This document shows, piece by piece, positions 27,433 to 33,264 of a DNA stretch of 33,264 bases. This DNA is from Deferribacterales bacterium (GTDB taxonomy: Bacteria; Chrysiogenota; Deferribacteres; Deferribacterales; Geovibrionaceae). A model generated the notes under the pieces. It worked only from the letters and a program-made list of their open reading frames with translations, was not told where the DNA came from and searched no databases. Location of the stretch: positions 1 through 33,264 of the forward strand of contig JBFWJG010000027.1 of the NCBI GenBank assembly GCA_050253335.1. Direction: 5' to 3'. Numbering within the stretch: the first letter of the stretch is position 1; the number at the start of each line of letters is the position of its first letter. Position numbers and translations under genes: made by a program.

Positions 27433-27780
27433 ATGAAACCGATAAGAACAGAAGAAGACTACAACAATCACCTGAAAAGAATAGATGCGCTTATGGATAT
27501 GCCTGAAACACAGGAAACTCTTGATGAGCTTGAAATACTTTCCATCCTTGCGGAGAAGTACGAGGAAGAGCAGTTCCCCGTAAACACCCCCGATCCCGTT
27601 GAGGCAATAAAATTCCGCATGGAGCAGATGGGGCTCTCCAACAGTGACATAGCTCCGTCACTCGGCGGACATAACAGGGTGAGCGAAGTTCTGAAAGGAA
27701 AAAGAGGACTGAGTATTACTATGATCAAAAACCTGCATAGGAATTTTAATATTCCGTACGAATCGCTTATAGGGGCGTAA
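27433..27780 (+). CDS. higA: Type II TA antitoxin HigA (HTH)
   Basis: KPIRTEEDY, YEEE, PDPVEAIKFRMEQ, RVSEVL-x-GKR-x-LS-x-x-MI. Confidence 0.93.
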   Translation: MKPIRTEEDYNNHLKRIDALMDMPETQETLDELEILSILAEKYEEEQFPVNTPDPVEAIKFRMEQMGLSNSDIAPSLGGHNRVSEVLKGKRGLSITMIKNLHRNFNIPYESLIGA

Positions 27781-27827
27781 GAGCAAAAATGCCTAAGATG
27801 AGTATTTAATTGGAAGGACTTTAAAAT

Positions 27828-27866
27828 AACAGCCCCCGCTTTAAAACGGGAGCTGTTTTTATTTTT
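27828..27866. terminator. Probable bidirectional terminator between higA and glyQ
   Basis: Imperfect stem AACAGCCCCCG/CGGGAGCTGTT flanked by an A-rich run and a T-rich run between convergent genes. Confidence 0.7.
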
Positions 27867-28734
27867 ACTTCTTCAGTCTCGGAAAGCCCATGCTCTCGCG
27901 CATGGCGAGGTAGCTTTCCGCGCAGAGTTTCGCGAGGTTGCGCACTCTGGCTATATATCCTGTTCTTTCCGTAACGCTTATTGCGTTGCGGGCGTCAAGC
28001 AGGTTAAACGTGTGCGAGCATTTAAGGCAGTAGTCATAGGCGGGCAGAGGCAGCCCTGTTTCCACTATGCGTATGCATTCCTTCTCATACATTTCAAAAA
28101 GCTTAAACAGCATGTCCGTGTCAGCAACTTCGAAGTTGTGCTTGGAGTACTGCACTTCATTGTTATGATAAACATCGCCGTAGCTCACGTCCTTGTTCCA
28201 TTTAAGGTCATAGACTGATTCCACGCCCTGAAGGTACATGGTTATCCTTTCCAGACCGTAGGTTATCTCGCCGGAAACCGGCTTGAGGTCGATACCGCCT
28301 GCCTGCTGAAAATATGTGAACTGCGTGATCTCCATGCCGTCCAGCCATACTTCCCAGCCGAGACCCCATGCGCCGAGGGTGGGGGATTCCCAGTCATCCT
28401 CAACAAAGCGGATGTCATGATCCTCCGGTTTGATGCCGAGGTTGCGGAGGCTGTCCAGATACAGATCCTGAATATTATCCGGCGACGGCTTCATCAGCAC
28501 CTGAAACTGGTAATAATGCTGGAGCCTGTTGGGGTTCTCGCCGTAGCGGCCGTCTGTGGGGCGGCGGCTGGGCTCGACATAGGCAACGTTCCAAGGCTCA
28601 GGGCCGAGGCAGTAAAGGAAGGTGGCGGGGTTGAAAGTGCCCGCGCCGACTTCAACATCATAGGGCTGGTAAAGCACACAGCCCTTATCGCACCAGTATT
28701 TCTGAAGGCTTAAAATTACATCCTGAAAATACAT
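27865..28734 (-). CDS. glyQ: Glycine--tRNA ligase alpha subunit
   Basis: [56 protein letters not shown]. Confidence 0.98.
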   Translation of the reverse strand: MYFQDVILSLQKYWCDKGCVLYQPYDVEVGAGTFNPATFLYCLGPEPWNVAYVEPSRRPTDGRYGENPNRLQHYYQFQVLMKPSPDNIQDLYLDSLRNLGIKPEDHDIRFVEDDWESPTLGAWGLGWEVWLDGMEITQFTYFQQAGGIDLKPVSGEITYGLERITMYLQGVESVYDLKWNKDVSYGDVYHNNEVQYSKHNFEVADTDMLFKLFEMYEKECIRIVETGLPLPAYDYCLKCSHTFNLLDARNAISVTERTGYIARVRNLAKLCAESYLAMRESMGFPRLKK

Positions 28735-28743
28735 CTTTACCCC

Positions 28744-29955
28744 TTACTTCTTCGCTCTTGCGGCGTGCGCACGGAGGGGAAGAGAGTGAAGCTTGATGAA
28801 GCCTGCGGCGTCTGTCTGGTCGTATGCGCCTTTATCGTCATCCATGGAAACAACCATCATGTTGTACATGGAGTATTTTGATTCCCTGCCGATGCAGATT
28901 ACGTTGCCTTTGTAAAGCTCAAGGCGGACAGTGCCTGTCACATATTCCTGTGATTTTTCAAGGAGAGCCTTGAGGCAGTCCATCTCGCTTGAGAACCAGT
29001 AGCCGTTGTAAACAAGGCTTGCGAAGCGGGGCATAAGCGTTTCTTTGAGATTTATGACGGCTCCGTCCAGCGTGAGCGCTTCAAGGTCTCTGTGAGCTGC
29101 CATGAGGATTGTTCCGCCGGGAGTTTCATAAACGCCTCTGGATTTCATTCCCACATATCTGCTTTCCACCATGTCCACACGTCCGATGCCGTGTTTGCCG
29201 CCTATTTTGTTAAGCTCAACAAGCATGTTCGCGGGGCTGAGGGCTTTGCCGTTCAGTTTTACTGCCTCGCCTTTCTCAAACTCGATCTCTATGGCTTCGG
29301 CTTCGTTCGGAGCATCCTTGGGGTCTACGGAGTATTCAAACATCTCTTTGGGAGGTCTTGCCGCCGGATCTTCCAGTATTCCCGCCTCAAAGCTGATGTG
29401 CATGAGGTTGTCATCACTGCTCCACGGCTGGCTTTTTGTCGCCTTAACGGGGATTCCGTGCTCCTGAGCGAAGTCCATGGCTTCCTGACGGCCTTTTATC
29501 TTGTTGAAAAATTCGGGGATTCTCCATGGAACTATTGATGTAAGCGAAGGGTCAAGAGCCGCCGCTGAAAGCTCGAAACGAACCTGATCGTTACCTTTGC
29601 CTGTTGCGCCGTGAGCGAGAAATTTCGCCCCAGTTTTCTGAGCAACTTCCACCATGCCTTTGGCGATGATGGGTCTGGCAAGGGATGTGCCAAGGAGGTA
29701 GCGTCCTTCGTAAAGGGCGTTGAATTTTATTGAAGTGAAAACATAGTCTTTTACAAACTCTTCTTTAAGGTCGAGGCAGTAGAAGTCCACCGCGCCAGAT
29801 TTGAGAGCTTTTTCTTTGATAGGCTCAACATCGCCGAGCTGGCCGAGATCGGCAACATATGCCACTACGTCATAGCCTTTAAGCTGAAGCCATTTGAGAA
29901 TTACGGATGTGTCAAGACCGCCGGAATAGGCGAGAACGACTTTTTCTCTGCTCAT
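28744..29955 (-). CDS. argG: Argininosuccinate synthase
   Basis: LAYSGGLDTS, HGATGKGNDQVRFE, KSRGVYETPG. Confidence 0.98.
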   Translation of the reverse strand: MSREKVVLAYSGGLDTSVILKWLQLKGYDVVAYVADLGQLGDVEPIKEKALKSGAVDFYCLDLKEEFVKDYVFTSIKFNALYEGRYLLGTSLARPIIAKGMVEVAQKTGAKFLAHGATGKGNDQVRFELSAAALDPSLTSIVPWRIPEFFNKIKGRQEAMDFAQEHGIPVKATKSQPWSSDDNLMHISFEAGILEDPAARPPKEMFEYSVDPKDAPNEAEAIEIEFEKGEAVKLNGKALSPANMLVELNKIGGKHGIGRVDMVESRYVGMKSRGVYETPGGTILMAAHRDLEALTLDGAVINLKETLMPRFASLVYNGYWFSSEMDCLKALLEKSQEYVTGTVRLELYKGNVICIGRESKYSMYNMMVVSMDDDKGAYDQTDAAGFIKLHSLPLRAHAARAKK

Positions 29956-29988
29956 GTTATTATCCTCCGCAAGAGTATGCGTTTAAAT

Positions 29989-30915
29989 TTATTTATTACC
30001 GCCCATCAGCTCAACCATAACGGCTTTCTGGGCATGCAGTCTGTTTTCCGCCTCATCGAACACCACGGAGATGTCCGACTCGAACACATCCTCCGTAACC
30101 TCCTCACCGAGGTGAGCAGGAAGGCAGTGCATGAAGTATGTCTTTTTTCCGGTGGCTTTCATGAGCCTGTCATTTACCTGATAAGGAGCGAATATACCCT
30201 TGCGGTGCTCCGCCTCTTCCTCCTGCCCCATGCTTGCCCACACGTCAGTATAGATCACATCCGCGCCTTTGACAGCCTCAAAGGGGTCGCGCAGGGTTTC
30301 TATCTTTGCGCCTGTGGTTTCGGCAATTTTCCTTGCCCCTTCCACAGCGGCGGGGAGGCATTCATAGCCTTCGGGTGTGGCAACTGAAAAGTCGATGCCG
30401 AACTTCGCCGCCCCGTAGAGCCATGAGTTCGCCATGTTGTTTCCGTCGCCCACGTAGGCCACCTTCACCTTATATGTGCCGAAAAGCTCATAAACGGTCA
30501 TAACGTCCGCAAGCACCTGACACGGGTGAAAATCATCCGTGAGCCCGTTGATGACGGGCACTGAGGCATATTTCGCGAGTTCCAGAAGCTTTGAGTGCTC
30601 AAAGGTTCTGATCATTATTCCGTCAACATATCTGGAAAGGTTGCGCGCGGTGTCCTTTATGCTTTCGCCGCGCCCTATCTGTATATCATTACGGCTGAGG
30701 AAAAGGGGATAGCCGCCAAGCTCGTACATGCCGACTTCGAATGAAACACGGGTACGGGTTGAGGATTTTTCGAATATAAGGGCAATTTTTTTGCCTTCGA
30801 GAAGATGGTGCTTTCTGCCCTCATTTCTCTCTTTTTTCAGCCTGACGGCATCTTCAACAAGTCTTTTAAGGTCTTCGGAACTCCAGTCCCTGAGCGTAAG
30901 AAAGTCTTTTTTCAA
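29989..30915 (-). CDS. argF: Ornithine carbamoyltransferase
   Basis: STRTR, HPCQ, GDGNN, DVWASMG, HCLP, AENR. Confidence 0.98.
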   Translation of the reverse strand: MKKDFLTLRDWSSEDLKRLVEDAVRLKKERNEGRKHHLLEGKKIALIFEKSSTRTRVSFEVGMYELGGYPLFLSRNDIQIGRGESIKDTARNLSRYVDGIMIRTFEHSKLLELAKYASVPVINGLTDDFHPCQVLADVMTVYELFGTYKVKVAYVGDGNNMANSWLYGAAKFGIDFSVATPEGYECLPAAVEGARKIAETTGAKIETLRDPFEAVKGADVIYTDVWASMGQEEEAEHRKGIFAPYQVNDRLMKATGKKTYFMHCLPAHLGEEVTEDVFESDISVVFDEAENRLHAQKAVMVELMGGNK

Positions 30916-32087
30916 AATTTACCTCCCGCAAGGACTTTTTCAATAATACCAAGACCCTTGTCAAGATTTTCTCTGTCTATATTAACGGGCGGGTAAATCC
31001 GCACCGTTTCCATTCCGGCGGGGATAACCAGAAGCCCCTCCGCCATGCACTCCTTCACGAAGTCGGCGGATTTTTCATGGAGCTGAACGCCTATCATAAG
31101 CCCTGTTCCGCGCACCTCAACAGCCTTTGAACCGAACACGGCTTTGAGCCTCTCCTTGAAGTAAGCGCCTTTCTCACGCACGGAGGCGAGGAAGCCTTCC
31201 TTCGTGAGCTCGTCCAGAACCGCGTTGCCTGCGGCGCATGCGAGGAAGTTTCCTCCGAATGTTGTTCCGTGGGTTCCGGGCACAAAATAGTCCGCGCATT
31301 CCGGCTTTGCGATGACGGCGCCGATGGGAACCCCGTTTCCGAGAGCCTTCGCTGTGGTGAGTATATCGGGCTTTACGCCGAAATGCTCATAGCCGAAGAT
31401 ATGCCCCATCCTGCCCATTGATGTCTGTATCTCGTCAAAGATAAGCAGAATATCTTTTTTATCGCAGTAGGCGCGCAGACGCTCCAGATAACCCTTCTCA
31501 ACGGGGCAGACCCCGCCTTCGCCCTGAACGGGCTCAAGGATAACAGCCACGACATCCCCTTTTGAACATGCCTTGTCCACAGCGTCAAAATCGTTGAACG
31601 GAACATGGATAAACCAGTCCGCAATGGGCTCGAAGCCTTTATGTATCTTTTCCTGCCCTGTGGCGGAAAGGGTTGCGTATGTTCTGCCGTGAAATGAGTT
31701 TTTCATAGTCACGACCTTATAGCGCAGACCGTCGTATTTTTTATTGCCGTAAATCCTCGCCATTTTCAGCGCGGCTTCGTTCGCCTCGGCTCCTGAGTTG
31801 CAGAAGAAAACCTTCCCGCCGAAGGAAAGCTTACTGAGGCGTTCGCCCAGTTTCTCCTGCTCGGGATTTCGGTAAAGGTTGGAGGTGTGGATAAGGGTCT
31901 GCGCCTGCCTTTTTACCGCTTCGGTAACAGCGGGGTTGCAGTGTCCGAGACTCACTACGCTGATTCCGCAGCCGAAATCAAGGTATTCTCTGCCTGCCTC
32001 ATCATAAAGGAAGCAGCCGTTTCCTTTCACGAACGCAACGTCATAGCGTCCGTAATTCCCTACCAAACTTGACATTTCTACCTCCAT
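30912..32087 (-). CDS. argD: Acetylornithine aminotransferase
   Basis: NSGAEANE, FHGRT, EPVQGEGG, DEIQT, AKALGNG, HGTTFGGN; lies in the arg operon. Confidence 0.93.
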   Translation of the reverse strand: MEVEMSSLVGNYGRYDVAFVKGNGCFLYDEAGREYLDFGCGISVVSLGHCNPAVTEAVKRQAQTLIHTSNLYRNPEQEKLGERLSKLSFGGKVFFCNSGAEANEAALKMARIYGNKKYDGLRYKVVTMKNSFHGRTYATLSATGQEKIHKGFEPIADWFIHVPFNDFDAVDKACSKGDVVAVILEPVQGEGGVCPVEKGYLERLRAYCDKKDILLIFDEIQTSMGRMGHIFGYEHFGVKPDILTTAKALGNGVPIGAVIAKPECADYFVPGTHGTTFGGNFLACAAGNAVLDELTKEGFLASVREKGAYFKERLKAVFGSKAVEVRGTGLMIGVQLHEKSADFVKECMAEGLLVIPAGMETVRIYPPVNIDRENLDKGLGIIEKVLAGGKF

Positions 32088-32220
32088 AGCCGGTGAAAAA
32101 CATGCTCCTGCCGGTTTGCCGCCTACAGCCTTTTACCCATGCGGAAAATTAAACGCATAAGGGCAAAAAGGAAATATTAATAAAAGCATATTTCACGGAT
32201 TTCTTCAAGATAATGATGTG

Positions 32221-32775
32221 TTAAACGGATTTTTCGCTGAAAACCACTGCCTCAAACCTGTAAAGCTCGATCTTTTCCGTTTTCCACGCATCAAAAGACA
32301 GCCCTGCCTTGGCGCAGGTGTGCGAGATGAATTCATACTTGTCCCAGCCGTATTCCTCAGCCACCTGCGGAAGAAGCACGCCCCGGTTAAAGCCCTTGAC
32401 CACGTATAAGCCGTCACGACCTACTTCTGCCTCCTCCACAGAGCTTATGGGAATCATCGGAGAAAGCACCGATATTTCAAATTCCAGCGAGTCAAGCTCA
32501 CCCTCAGAAACAGAAGGGAAGCGCGGGTCCTGAAAAGCCGCCTGAACAGCCATATCCGCTACATTTTTCACTATATTGACGTCATTTCTGAAATTGCCTA
32601 TACAGCCACGGAGCCTGCCGTTTACATGAAGGGTGACAAAGCAGCCGCTCTTAAACCCAAGCCCTTCAGGAGCAGGCGGAATAATAAGCGGACTTTTCTC
32701 AAGAGAAGACTTAACAGCTTTTCTTGCGGTTTCCAAAAGAAATCTTTTACTGTCTGAACTGATATCAAAATCCAT
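32221..32775 (-). CDS. AMMECR1-domain protein (AmmeMemoRadiSam system protein A)
   Basis: FVTL...LRGCIG, DPRF, EISVLS, GRDGL, GVLLPQVA, C-x-KAGL; ATG 32775 preferred for its SD. Confidence 0.92.
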   Translation of the reverse strand: MDFDISSDSKRFLLETARKAVKSSLEKSPLIIPPAPEGLGFKSGCFVTLHVNGRLRGCIGNFRNDVNIVKNVADMAVQAAFQDPRFPSVSEGELDSLEFEISVLSPMIPISSVEEAEVGRDGLYVVKGFNRGVLLPQVAEEYGWDKYEFISHTCAKAGLSFDAWKTEKIELYRFEAVVFSEKSV

Positions 32776-33175
32776 ACAGCACTCCCTATCCTTTATTATA
32801 ATACAAATTTCAGACATGCGGCGGAAAACTGCTTAATGATTTTTATTTCAGTTATCTCCGGAATATTTATTTTTGCCCCGGTTCCGCCAACATCAAAAAA
32901 ACCTCATAAACCCCGTCTGCAACGGAACAGGGTTTTTGCGTTCCTCGTTCATAACGCAAGCCCGCTGTTGTCATAGTTTACAACTAGTTTTATAACGCAG
33001 TTTACTTTTTAAGGCGAAAAGCGGCGCTTTTATAAACTGTCCAAACACTCAGTCCGTTGCGGGTGCGGAATGTATACAATATACAATATGGTTTGACATG
33101 ACCGCCTAATTATGATAGTTATTTTTGGGAATAATTTAACATCGTTTGTTTTAATAACTACGACAGGAGTGTACA

Positions 33176-33264
33176 ATGCCAAGGAAAGACCTTGTTACCT
33201 ACCCGAAGAAAACCGGGTACCGCAAGCACACCGGAATGGTCGCATGGCTGCTGCACCGTATAAC
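33176..33264 (+). CDS. sdhC: Succinate dehydrogenase cytochrome b556 subunit, 5' part (truncated by the window edge)
   Basis: Hand translation MPRKDLVTYPKKTGYRKHTGMVAWLLHRIT matches the SdhC GM-x-x-W-x-x-HRIT motif; AGGAG SD. Confidence 0.8.
   Translation, partial: MPRKDLVTYPKKTGYRKHTGMVAWLLHRI

Noticed and set aside
32171..32194. GAAATAT-N10-ATATTTC upstream of argD as an ARG box
   Set aside because: Poor match to the TGAAT-N4-ATTCA consensus; short AT-rich arms are expected by chance
32820..32889. tRNA-like element (GGCGGAA...TTCCGCCA, about 70 nt, followed by a weak hairpin)
   Set aside because: No D-arm, anticodon arm or TTCRA T-loop; the interior is AT-rich, so the end pairing may be chance

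Overview
Bacterial chromosomal window of about 50% GC, mostly housekeeping genes on the minus strand. The protein style suggests an anaerobic diderm such as Deferribacterota (Geovibrio/Denitrovibrio-like), which is an inference only. It carries a complete trpE-G-D-C-F-B-A operon with a Trp-Trp-Trp leader-peptide attenuator, a separate trpB2-queH-DUF2905-DUF3800 unit, argD-argF-argG-glyQ, a MoxR-DUF58-transglutaminase trio, two chemoreceptors (4HB-HAMP and CZB types), a GAF/HD-GYP phosphodiesterase, engB, two type II toxin-antitoxin pairs (Phd/ParE-RelE and HigBA) and the start of sdhC. The main find is an AT-rich DUF3800 (RNase H-like) gene facing a ~59-nt structured small RNA that has its own near-consensus sigma70 promoter and U-tract, a candidate protein-RNA toxin-antitoxin or defence module. 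Other unexplained signals are a trp attenuator with two tandem, apparently coupled terminators on a nearly leaderless transcript, and a dispersed three-hairpin repeat with swapped stems but conserved CAGGA(T/A)G loops resembling CsrA/RsmA sites.
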